Assembly (NCBI GenBank): GCA_023213395.1 | Contig: CM041465.1 | Location: forward strand, 75,895,741-75,959,740 | Reading direction: 5' to 3' | From: Cycas panzhihuaensis | Lineage: Eukaryota; Plantae; Cycadophyta | DNA length: 64,000 bases | Shown: in pieces, positions 13,107 through 25,026 of the stretch | How positions within the stretch are numbered: the stretch's first letter is position 1 | Layout: every line of letters begins with the position of its first letter | The notes under the pieces: model-generated | The model's database searches: none | Told to the model about the DNA's origin: nothing | Seen by the model: the letters and a program-made list of their open reading frames with translations, nothing else | Made by a program: the position numbers and the translations under genes

Positions 13107-13274
13107 CTGTGGGGCTTGTCTCGGCTTCCTAGTTCTCTTGCCTATTCCGTGGGGTTATCACGGTTAACTTCTGTCTTAGTACACTCTTGTTTTCTGATGT
13201 ATTAGGTTACGGGATCCTGTTTTCAAACCCACTTTAATTCATTTTACCTTACCAAAAAAAAAAAAGACAATAAC

Positions 13275-14100
13275 GGACCACAACATAAAAAACTATTTTG
13301 TGAGAGGTCTGAATGAGAAATTAAAAGCCATGATGCATGCTCATCCATTGAAATCATTTAAAAATGCCCAAGATCTAGTGTTGGATTTTGAAATGGAGAT
13401 GGATACATAGGCAGGAGGACAGGATTCCCTGTTACTGAGATTATAAGATGAGATTAGAGAACTTAAACAAAATTAGTACAACTGACCCTTCTGCCAGGTG
13501 GGGATAGCAGAAGAGGAATTAGAGTTGGAAGCTTTAACGAAAGAAGTGGCTAGATTAAAAATCAGAAATAACCAAGAAGAAGAAGAAACAATGAAAAAGA
13601 AGGACCATGCTGGAAGAATAGCCAAATGGTGCCATATCTATGAAGAGAATTCACATACCACTAAAGAATGTGAATTGAATTTAAAAAATAGTGCATTGCA
13701 CCAACATGACAGATGGTGCTATACATGCGATATAGATACACATACGACCAAGGACTATTTCTATAATCCCAGAGGAAAGGCCTATAGAGGACGAGGTAGG
13801 GGAAGGGGAGGCAACCCACCTCAAAATGTGTACACAAGGAGGGGCACACAAGAGCCCTCGAGGAAAAAACCACCAATGGGTAGATGCCTCATCTGTTTGC
13901 AGTTTGGGCACTAGAATTCAGAATGCCCAACAAAATAGGAATACGAACAGAAACCATTTGTATGTAATAACTGTGGCCCAAGTGACCATAAAATGAATGA
14001 TTGCAAAGGAAAGGCCAAAGCCACCAACTTGATGATGATTATACCAGAAACCAAAAACTTCAAACTCCAAAATAAACAAAAGGAAAAACTAAATGAAGGA
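13275..14100 (+). pseudogene. gag: gag of G, C-terminal part with four zinc knuckles and an RG-rich tract
   Basis: YFVRGL; CHIYEENSHTTKEC, CYTCDIDTHTTKDY, CLICLQFGH*NSEC, CNNCGPSDHKMNDC; RGRGRGRGG. Confidence 0.85.
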
Positions 14101-14469
14101 TATCTGAATCCACCAATAGAAATGGATCGATTCAAAAAAGTAAAACAAGTATTGGATGGCCTAGTCTAGGAAGAGAATATATTACCGATAGGAAAACCAG
14201 AGACTGAGTACATATACATATGGAAGAATAAATAGAAAGAAAAAGAGAATCTACCAGAAGAGCCTAAGGTGCAGCCACAAATGGTGCAAATGGAGGAACT
14301 CTTTAAAGGATTGCCAGTGGAAGACATTCCAAGAATGCTACTATTGATGGAAAATTTGGTCAAATAGCTACAATTGACCATCCCCCTATACCAAGTTATT
14401 GATTAGATAAAAGGAGTATTACAACATGGAATTACAAAAAGTCTAAAGCAAATAATACCATCATTTGAT

Positions 14470-14850
14470 ATGGATCCGATGGTAACAATGACAGTCTTGC
14501 GAGAAATATTCCCAAGAGTAATCATTGATGGAGGCGCGGCAGTAAACGTATTACCAGCTTCGACATGGCAGAAACTGGGAAGCCCAAAGCTGGAAGTGGT
14601 GACCTATTTATTGAAATTGGCCAACGAATTACTGGTATGACTTATAAGGAGATTGGCCGACATCAATGTGGATGTGGTAGGGATAGTAGTGAGAATTGAC
14701 TTCACAGTCGTAGAAATAGAGAAAGGGGCAATGCCCTATCTAGCACTCTTGGGAAGGCCATGGTTATACAAAACACAATGCCTCCAAAATTGGAAAAATA
14801 TAACCTTCACCTTATCAGATAACAGAAACAAAGTAGTATTACCGATGCTA
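14470..14850 (+). pseudogene. pol: Aspartic protease of G
   Basis: RVIIDGGAAVNVLP and YLALLGRPWL. Confidence 0.9.
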
Positions 14851-15530
14851 AGAAGAAGCTCCATCGAAATGATACCAGATGAGGGATCTAGCACGACGGT
14901 CACGAGTAACACAACATTTTCTTCCATTGGGGAAGAACATCTCTATCATATGGTGGAAGGGCCCACCACTTCAACCAATTATCAGTAAGAAGAACTGACC
15001 TATTTTGGGGAAATATACAACTCCTCGGATGATGAACACGGAATGAGGTTTGTGGATTATTGGCTACAGGATGCATATGAAGTAAACTCTTCTTCTTATA
15101 GATGTAATTTATTATCTAAATATGTAACTATAAATATTGACAATAATTCAGATTCTTTTGAGTATATGATGATTAATGATAGTTTAAGGGATGACAACAA
15201 ACTAGACCAACAAACCCCTAGTTTACCTAATATATTTTATAGTTTTTTAGTAGCTAATAGTAATCCCAACATACCTTCTACATTAGGCATGGGTCATGAG
15301 GTAGATTCCCTACCCCCCCCCCCCCCTTTTTACAACCTGAGAAAGGAAGTAATATTCCTTCCTCCTCTTCCTTATAAGTATACCTACCTAGTACCAGATC
15401 CCTTCCAACCATTGGCGCCAAAACTAGGGAAATGGAAGGAGGATCACTGGTAAGTACTTCTAGAGATCCTAGTCTAAATAGTAGAATTATCATCCCAGAA
15501 GAAATAAACCATCAAATCTATATTGGGAAG

Positions 15531-15971
15531 TATGTTAAGCCTTTTTACGGAGAGCAGTTGTATGGGACTACCCACTTAATGCATTGTGTTGAATATTGGA
15601 TGGAACATGGGAATTGGGATAAAACCCAATGGCAACAAGACTTAGTATTAACCTTATGGGGAAAAACTTGGTATTGGTACCTAGCCCACCAAGCCATTCT
15701 TAAAAATTGGAAAGAGTTACAAACGATGTTTCGAATTTGGTTCAATCATCCAACACAACTAGCCACTCCAATATTCTATGTAGGTCAAAATCCTAGGGAA
15801 CACATACAAAAGTGTAAACAAAAATGGATATCTTTAAGTATACCTAAATAACATTGGCCTAACTATTTCTACCATACCCTGAGAAGAGTAGCAAAGGACT
15901 AGTTCCTCGAAAAGGAGCAAAGTTTAGATGTGACATGGGGAAATTTAAGGAAATCCTTCATAAAAACCTTT
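15531..15971 (+). other. Two tandem Gag-capsid-like modules in the pol frame between PR and RT
   Basis: Module 1 (15531-15743) and module 2 (15765-15971) share P/F..H..C...W....W....TL....W....W..L...F...F and are in the RT-RH-INT frame. Confidence 0.65.
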
Positions 15972-16199
15972 AGGCATACCTTTGACAATAAAGAAATAGA
16001 TAGAATCCTAAAACATATTAGATTAATGAGTATAAAACTAGAATAAAACCTGATAAACCAAGAGGAGGCAGAATCAATACATAGTGAAGAAGAAGAAGTT
16101 ATGAATTACCCTACAGAATTTATAGAACTCAATATTGGAGAAAGGAAGCTAAAAGATGCTCTGGGACATAAAACTGAAAATATAGAAGATGTGGATATA

Positions 16200-18992
16200 A
16201 CTAAGTTAAAAATTACATAGATTAATGTTGGTAGTAAGGATAATCCCAAATTCATACAAATTGGAAACTATTGGGATCATCAGACAGTAGCAGAATCCCA
16301 ACAGTTATTTGAAAAATTTCGCAACGTATTTGCATGGTCGTATAAGGACCTTAAAGGCATTCCTCTAGAGATAGGAATGCATCACATTAACTTAGTGGAA
16401 GATGCAAAACTGGTAAAATAGAGGCCATACCAGATGAATCCTAAATATAAAGAAAAAATGAAGGCTGAACTCAACAAAATGTTGGAAGTGGGTTATATTT
16501 ACGAAATCAACTACAGTGACTGGGTGAGCCCTATAGTGGTAGTTCCTAAGAAGAATGGGAAAATTCATGTCTATGTGGACTATATACAGCTAAATAAGGT
16601 AACAAAGAAGGATCCATTCCTGTTACCTTTTACAGAGGATATTCTAGAAGTAGTTAGAGGAAATGAGATTTACTCCTTCACTGATGGATTCAGTAGGTAC
16701 AATCAAGTATAGATTACCCTAGAGGATCAAGCAAAAACCATATTCGTGACAGAATGGGGAACATATGCATATAAAGTGATGTCATTCGGTCTCACGAATG
16801 CACCAGCTACATTTCAGCGGATTGTAATCAATATCTTTCAGAAATTTATTAGAGAAAAAGTTATTGTATTCCTAGATGACTGGACATTGTATAGGTTAAT
16901 GAAGGATCACATGGAGAATTTGAGGGAAATGTTGCAAACATGCCATGAAAACAAGTTATGTCTTAGTCCAGAAAAATATACCTTCCTGGTACCCTTCAGA
17001 AACTTATTAGGACATATAGTCAGCAAGGAAAGATTACTGACAGATCCAGCAAAGGTATCTACAATTCTGTACTTCCCTACGCCACTTATGAGAAAACAGC
17101 TGAAAGGTTTTTTGGGATTGATGGGATACTATAGAAAGTTCATTAGGGGGTATGCATACATATCAGGACCCCTGGAGGAGCTATTAAAAAAAAACATTGA
17201 ATGGGCATAGATGAAGGAACAGTAACAAGCGTTTGAAACATTGAAACAAGCTATCGTAGCAGCACCTATATTACAATTTCTAGATTGGAAGAAGACTTTC
17301 CATATGCATATGGATGCGTCGCAATACACTATTAGATGCATATTGGCACAACCCACTGACAACAAGACAGATCATCCAATCTACTTCGTTAGTCGAAAAC
17401 TCACAAAAGCCGAGCAGAATTACACAACGATAGAAAGAGAAGCACTCTGCATGGTATACGCATTGCAAAAATTTTGACACTATCTATTGTCAAATCCATT
17501 CTTATTTTTCGTCGATCACCAAGCGTTGATGTATTTGGTGAATAAAACGATCATGCGAGGGTGAATCAGCAGGTGGTTGATGTTGTTCCAGGAATTTTCT
17601 TTTAAAATCATTATGAAACCTAGTAAAGCCCATATCATTCCCGATCGATTGTCGAGAATTACAAATGGAGAAAAAGCCACAGGGGTACCAAATGACTTTC
17701 TAGACGTAGCTCTATTCAGTATGGAAGCAGTTCCAATGGACTGGTATGAGGGAATACTAGAATACTTAGCGACTAGAGAAGTATCAGCAGAATTGGATCG
17801 CATGGGAAAAAGAAATTTTATCAGAAAAGTGGAGCCATATCAATTGATCAATAGAGAATTATAAAAATTGGGGCCAGACAAAGTGTTACGACATTGTGTT
17901 CAACCATACGAGATAAACCAAATCATGTCACAGGCACACGAAGGAGTAGCGGGTGGCCATATGGGGAAATTGGCCACATGGCTGAAAATTTTGATGTTTG
18001 GATTCTAGTGGCCATCCATGTTTGAGGATGTCAAGAAGTGGATTCAAGCTTGTAATTATTGCCAGTGGATTGGGAAACCCAATTGACAGGATTTCCAACC
18101 TTTACATCCCATCTTACCTTTGGCACCATTTAAGAAATGGGGACTCGACTTCGTGGGGCTAATTAAACCAACTACTCATCGATCGAAAACTTGATACATT
18201 CTGGTGGCAACTGACTATATGACAAAGTGGATAGAGGCATGAGCGTTACGAAAAGCCGATGCAGAAAGTACAGTGCAATTTTTGTATGAGGTAGTAATTA
18301 CATGATTTGGATGCCCCTTGGAGATTGTAAGTGACCAAGGCACCCACTTTCTAAATCAAACTATCAAAACACTAACATTTGCGTTTATGATTAGCCATCA
18401 CAAATCTACTCCCTACTATCTGAGAGCAAATGGCCAAGTGGAAAGTTCAAATAAAATAATCAAGAATTGCATGAGAAAGATATGTGACATCGGAAGATCT
18501 GATTGGGCCGAGAAATTACCATCCGTGTTATGGACATTTTGAATGACATATAAGAGATCAACTGGACAAACTCCATTCTAGCTTGTGTATGGCAAAGAAG
18601 CCATTCTTCCAACGAAATTTTAGATACCCACTCTACGAGTTGCTATGCAATGTTGATTGGATGACTTCCAGTCCTTACGACAGTGATTGGAAGATTTAGT
18701 ACGATTAGAAGAAAATCGACACATGGCAAATTGGTTGCAAAATGTGGAGAAGCAACGACAAAAAGCATGGCAGGACCGTCATTTATGAAAACCTCAGTTC
18801 AACGAAGGTGATCAAGTGCTACTATATGACAAAAAATTTAAAATGCACCCAAGTAAACTCAAGATACGGTGGTTGGGACCATACATCGTAGAAAGAGTCT
18901 TCAAGAATGGATCGGTGTAACTTCAAGAAATCGATGAACCCTTGCTACCAACTCGGGTAAACAGTAACAGACTCAAACCATACATTGAGTAG
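16200..18992 (+). pseudogene. pol: RT - RNase H - integrase of G (single frame, many stops)
   Basis: WVSPIVVVPKK, DGFSRYNQ, FGLTNAPATFQR, VFLDDW; MDAS...EREAL; HEGVAGGH...CNYC, WGLDFVG, SDQGTHF, NGQVES, WLGPY. Confidence 0.96.
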
Positions 18993-19279
18993 CCTAGCTT
19001 ACTAGCTGAATCAGTTGGTTGTACCATATTGTATTGCATGAAGTTGAGGCACAATCAAATACCTTGATACCGATCCATGATCTAGTTTAGTATGGATACA
19101 AAAAAAGAGAAAAAAAAAAAGGAAAAAAATAAAAAACAACTGTAACTCATCACGGACATAAGTAGTAGCATTAGTAATTGAAAAAATCAGAGGAAAAATT
19201 AAAAGCATACAATCAAAATACATTATATGCCATCGGTATGTTACTGTGCACGTAGCTAAAAAAGTGATCAAATTTAAAA

Positions 19280-19620
19280 AATACACTATACATACCAAGG
19301 AAATACACTCCAATATGTACAGTTCAAAAAAAATGACTCGAAATCACACTATACGTACCTAAAAAGTACGTAGTTAGGAATGCATAGTGTAAATAAAATT
19401 TAAATTACTCAATTACATTATACGTACCTAAAAAGTATGCAAGCAGGTATGCACAGTAGAAAGAGAACTAAGTTAAACAATTACAATGCACATACCAAAA
19501 AAGTATGTAGTCAGGTACGCACAGTGGAAAATAAACTTAAGTACCCAGTTATATTCTACATACCAGAAATATACATAATCGAGTACGCACAATGGAGACA
19601 CTTAACACTATACGTACCAA
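19280..19620 (+). repeat. Degenerate ~69-bp tandem array in the 3' region of G (~5 copies)
   Basis: ATACGTACCTAAAAAGTA-type unit at 19351, 19420, ~19489 and ~19557; partial copies at ~19285 and 19610. Confidence 0.75.
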
Positions 19621-19886
19621 TGACATGTATAAGATAAAAATCTGAATATGACAAAGTATTACGTACCTACGAGCATTCCCGCGAAGCACGCAGAGCGGAA
19701 CAGATAAATCAACTCCGAAAAATCTGCCAAGTAACCGTACAACATGGCACATAAGAAAATTGACTCCAGTACATATCTCAATATAGAAAGTCACAAAAAT
19801 GACAAGCATTCCTTAAAGGTACACATGTAGGGTTCCAGTTTATACGCTTAGGTTATTTTTCCTATCTCTGGGACTCGACAGCCATT

Positions 19887-20959
19887 ATGAGGATAGCAGG
19901 ATGCCAAGAGGCATTTATACCAAAGCTCAAGCAAGAGTTACAAGCCCTACCAGCTCAATTCTAGACGAGGGTTAAGTAAGCAGGATGGGGAGACTATATT
20001 TACTATAACCCAATGTATTATAACCCTAAACTTATGGACCAAATCCTGTTGGCACTGAAGGAGGATAGCAGGAAGGCAAAAATAGATGCAAACATAATTC
20101 ATACCATTACCAAACTTCTGAATGAAGGAGAAATTCCATTGGGAACAAAAAGGTTAGAAGTTGACTAAGAAATGTGGTTAAGAGAATTGTGTCAACCAAA
20201 TATTGAGATTATGTCTGGTGGAATCTATGTAGCAGACATTATTGATGTTAGAATTCAATGGGTGGCAAAAGTGATAAATTCCAGATTTTTATCTAAACAG
20301 AAGTAACATACATCCAGGGAGGCATGATGTAGGTGTTGTTGAAAATTTAGGATGTAAAGAAACTGAATTGGTCTGAATTCTTGGCGGAGAACATGAGGTA
20401 GCAACTAAAGGAGATTAGGACACATCCATTCTGACATCCCTCCTTGCTATTAGCTATCTTGTTCTATTAGTGTCCAGATGTGTAGCTGACCAGGACCACT
20501 ATTTCTCCACGAGAACCTATTATCCAATAGTGGGTAGCAGAATTTCCAAACACAGTGAATAGCCTGGAAGCAAAGAGAAGGGTACAAAAACAAATGCAGA
20601 AAGTACTTACCTGGTTATAGAAGACACCAAGAACACCCATTCCTCATCAAACAAAATAGGTTGTCCATAGAAGAGGTAAGAGGAAGAAGGGAGAAGAAGA
20701 ATCAGAGGAGGAGGAAGAAGAAGTAGAGGCCTCCTGGGAAGAATGGGAAGACTTCCCTCAGGCAACAGAGGCAGGGGAACCCTCAGCACCTCCTACACCA
20801 CATGACAAAGCAAGACCAATAATTTGGTTAATTCAAGAAATGGAGGAAGGGTATAAAGCTGAGATAACTGCCCTTCAACACAAAATTAAAGAAAAGGATG
20901 CTATCATTGCCACTCTAACATAGATTAATGAAGAAATTTTGGGAGGACAGAGGCAGTAG
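19887..20959 (+). pseudogene. Degraded extra 3' ORF of G (~355 codons; acidic and coiled-coil C-terminus)
   Basis: Reading through stops and one frameshift gives MRIAGCQEAF...IDANIIHTITKL...IYVADIIDVRIQWVAKVI...LNWSEFLAENM...EEESEEEEEE...YKAEITALQHKIKEKDAII. Confidence 0.65.
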
Positions 20960-21068
20960 CAGCTACCTTGAGATAGAGCGAGGAGGGAATACAACCTAAA
21001 TTTTGAAAATTTTTTGGAGTTTTGTTGAGCAAGGATGCTCAAACCCATAACTATTGACCCGTGATAGA

Positions 21069-21902
21069 TGTTGGGGCATAAAGTGATCTTATGGCTGTTG
21101 GAAGACCAGAGGTAGGTCAGGTAATCTAAGACGTGCAGGTACAGATTGTATAGAGGTACACATGAGGCAAAATAGTGAAGAAATTAGCATTCTAGGTACG
21201 TATGACAGGTGCGTACCGAGAACAGGTACGTACCATAGACACGTACTAATGATGGAATGGAATCAAACGAAAGTAGTACGCACGACCCAAAGGGACCAGT
21301 GAAGGCTTGTAAAGTTGCCAGATGTATGTACGGATGTACGAACCTAAAGAGATTAGTTAAAGTGCCTAACTAAATGGTTAATGAAAGGGTACATATGACT
21401 GAAGGGGTACAGTTATGACAGGCAGTCATAACCCTTTAGCCAAAAGGTACCAAGAAGAGTACTTAAGGAGGTACATATGAACCATCAAGTGAGGGTGCGA
21501 GATAATTATCACAGGTATGCAAAGGTACTAAGCCAAGACGCATGACCCGCTTGGAGCAAAGATTGAATGATAAGTACCATCTGGGTACACATGTAACAGA
21601 AGGAATGTATGCTGCTGGAATGCATTCCTATGCATTCCAGCCTCTGTGTAATTAAACTGATTACTTAATAAAAGGAAGAGTTACATGGAAAGCTGTGTGT
21701 TCTTTATGTTATGATGATGAAATGCTGAGTATGTGTTGAATTCTATGCTGATGTGTACCATTATGGTATAATTCTGTGAAATATCTGTGGAATGTATATG
21801 AATAACCATGTTGACAGTATCCTCACTAGACTATAGCATTGTGTAACCTTGATAAGTGTGGTTATCTCATAAGTATAATAAGATACCCCTCAAGAGTCAA
21901 CA
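21069..21902 (+). repeat. 3' LTR of G (834 bp)
   Basis: Direct repeat of 4988-5823. Confidence 0.96.
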
Positions 21903-21907
21903 ACATC

Positions 21908-24064
21908 ACCCTCACTTCTTTCATGATCCTAGCTCTTCTTCTTACCATGGGTGGCATAGTGGAAAGGATGCTGGCAGAAAAAAGGGTGCTTCCTTACCTT
22001 CCCCCAAGACTAAAATGAAAAGAAAATTTCAATGGAAAAATAAAAGCAATAGAATGCTTCTACTTAGGATCTTGAAATGCCAACCAAGGAAAGCATACCT
22101 AGAATGAAGACTTTCATCTGCTCTAACATTTAAGAGACCTGCACAACCAAAGATGGACCTTTCCCAAGGGGCACTAAGCACATATAGGAGCAAGTACATG
22201 CAAGGAAATACAACTATATGTATATATCCCCTTTGGAAGAGAAGGAGATAAAACAATGAACTTAACAAGTATATACTAAATAGCGAAAGCATATAGTGTT
22301 AATATTATTCCTACTTTGTGTGCATAATCAATAGGTGATGCAGGGAAGATGGGTTGAAAAGGAAGAAAGTGGGTAGCCTCGAAATGGATAACCCTCCCAA
22401 TCTAAATGCTCTACACGTACCCCAAGCACCCAAGCTATTAGCTAAGGGGAGTAAGATGACCCAATAATAAGTGAAAAATAGTTTTCTACAAGTGAGAACA
22501 AAGGTAGCATAAAAGTTATAAAAGTTACAAATACTGCAAAAGTTATAAAGTGCAACTTTTGCAAGTTTTTACAAGAGCTAACCCTAAAACTAAAGAGGTA
22601 TGAGATAGGGTTGAAAACCAGGTTATGTATGATCCTTGATGGCTAGTTACAAACATAGCAAGGGAATGCCTACGCTACAATCGGCAAAATCCCCCATCTC
22701 AACAATTTCCTAGGTAAACAAGGAAGGTATGGAAGAGGAAAAGGGAAGGAGAGAAGGGGTCTACACTTGAGAAGAAGGCACGTGGGTGTAAAACCCTACC
22801 TTAGACTCTTTTCACTCTATGTGCACCACTTTTCCTACTACCTCCTTGAGAAGACCCAAAGAAAACTAGGAGGAGGAAGTGTACAAGTAAGCAAGAGGGA
22901 GGGTTTGCCTCCCAACACAATGGAAAAGAGAAGGAAAACTTCTTACAAGAAAGACTAATAGGAAAACACTTATGTTGTGCAAAAGAAAGATGAAAATAGA
23001 TCTAAAAATACCTAGTAAGAGTAGATTTATGATAGATCTGCCTGACAGAATGGGTGAGGGGGATAATCCCTTTGGGGTTGTTAGAAAAAATCCCTATAGT
23101 GTAGCAAATGAAGAGTGAAAAATGTGAGGAAAGTGAATCCTAGAGCTTAGTACGACGTTTAGAGCATGATTCTTCTTTAGCTAGCCCTATTATAGACCTA
23201 TAATCATTATTCCTTATGATGTAAGAGCTAGTAGATGAATGGTATGACAGGTGCAGCAAAGTTAGAACCTATTTCAGAACTTTTTGGAGAAGAGAGGAGA
23301 GAAAAAATGAGTGAGAAGAGGGGGAATGAAGTGAATTTTGGGTTTTTAAACCCAACCCTAGCTCAATGAGTGATTAGGGTTTTCTCTAGGCAAGAATCAA
23401 CTCACAGCCATATGGAAATTTTACAATTAATATGAAATTAGTTGTGGCTAGTTAAAAAAAGAATTATGGATAATCGCCCCATGGAAAACTTAGTGTTACC
23501 ATGAAGTTTGCAGTAATACCATGAAGTTTATAGTGATACATCCAAAAGCAAAGTAAAAGGAAAGTGGGGGAGCTCGAAAGCTCCTAAAAACTGGGGAATC
23601 CTAGGCCCTAAGGGAGCATGCTATAATATTAAGGTAACAAGGAGGTTATGGGACCTAGAGGGACCACAACAAGCAAGAAATGATGGTCAAAGACTCTTAA
23701 TAGTGACAAAAAGCATATACAGGGCGATGACCAGGCCTAGACAAGGTGCTAGGGATTATGTCATACTAATAGATGATGCGATAAGGGATACGGGAACTAG
23801 CAATGCTTAAGGACGTCATGGAGACATGGTGGAGGGTTGTGGAGCACCATGGGATGTGTATCCTAGATTATTATAGGCTAAGTATCAAAATGCAATATGG
23901 ATAGGCAAATAATACATAATGATCATGCAGTCAATCAATTAGAATGTAACACAGGGAATGTGCCTCGATCAACCATTTTAAGAACTGATAAAAGTAGGGA
24001 TAGAAGTATACCTAAACTTACTTGAGTTGAGTCGCCCATATCTATTCCTGATAGCCGGGAAATA
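21908..24064 (-). repeat. 5' LTR of element L, 5' portion
   Basis: The end at 24064 matches the start of the C LTR at 55543 (terminal TG mutated to TA). Confidence 0.75.
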
Positions 24065-24536
24065 GTTGGTAACCCATGTATTTTGATAAATGTTTGTTAT
24101 TTTATATGGACATTAATAATAATTTTTTATTCATGAGATTTATAGAAAAAAAAATTAATAATATTAATATTTATAATAATTTTATAAGTGAAGATATGAA
24201 GTTGTTGAGTAGAAATTTTATATAAACATGAGATGTAAAGGTCATGAAATTGAGATTGGTTATTTACTTAATTGATGATTTATTTATATGTATTTTATAA
24301 GTGGATGCTTGTGGTTGGTCGCAGATGGTTATAATTGACTATAGATGTTTATAATTTAATTGTTTATAGGAAATAAGTATGATATCAATAAATTTATAGG
24401 TTATAGGTGATACAACTTGATACATATTTGATACAAGTTATAAGCTGACAAATTTTAGCAAACAATAATTAAAAAAATAAAGACAATGGATGAGGATGAA
24501 GATTGTAAATTGAAGATATTAAACATTAAGGGAGAG

Positions 24537-25026
24537 TGTTGAAATACATGATATTTTCACATATATAATGTTTGATATAATGATAATAGAGAGATACAGA
24601 ATTCCACTCACCAAAAGTATTGATAGATGTAATATGTATAATTATTAATATAAACATCTTATTAGATGATAAAATAGCTTAAGAAATCTATAGGAAATTC
24701 ATGAGTTAACATAACTATAAATATATACACATGCTCATTAAGAACTTAAGAAAGGAGATGTAATTCATTTGAAGATCTTAAAGAGGAGTTCCTAACTCTA
24801 ACTTTCTCTTATGTTTTTTTTCTACATTAGGCTTTTCATGTATAAATCTATTATCTCTCTTATGGTATATGCTCATTGATAGTTATGATGATATTACTTT
24901 ATATTTCATGTTATTTCTTTCTATGTTAATCTTGTAGTACATAATTTGTGTACATTCCTTATGATATAATTATTTCATTATATATCATTTATATACTTCT
25001 ATTGTGATTATAAGTACATTATAATA
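24537..25026 (+). repeat. Copia-type LTR (~490 bp) flanked by a PPT upstream and a Met PBS downstream
   Basis: AAGGGAGAG|TGTTGAAA...ATAATA|TGGTATCAAA; no partner LTR seen in the window. Confidence 0.6.

Larger units (their letters stand above)
6975..13263 (+). mobile_element. Full-length L1-clade LINE (~6.3 kb)
   Basis: TSD aagataataac (6964-6974) / aagacaataac (13264-13274); poly(A) from 13254; 5' UTR, ORF1 and ORF2 present. Confidence 0.96.
4988..21902 (+). mobile_element. Full-length non-chromovirus Ty3/gypsy LTR retrotransposon 'G' (16.9 kb including the LINE)
   Basis: Paired TG...CA LTRs; TSD gcatc (4983-4987) / acatc (21903-21907); order gag-PR-RT-RH-INT; no chromodomain after the integrase GPY motif. 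Confidence 0.96.
1..24064 (-). mobile_element. Tat/Ogre-like Ty3/gypsy LTR retrotransposon 'L' (5' part only; runs off the left edge), interrupted by element G
   Basis: Collinear with element C (55543-64000) in LTR start (TATTTCCCGGCTATCAGGAATAGATATGG vs TGTTTCCCGGCTTCCAGGAATGGATACGG), PBS, gag (KRNLFINALHPEVHVEVLKMG vs KRDLFVNALRPEVHVEVLKMG) and protease. Confidence 0.88.

Noticed and set aside
19887-20959. Calling the extra ORF an env gene
   Set aside because: No signal peptide or clear transmembrane segment; position alone is insufficient
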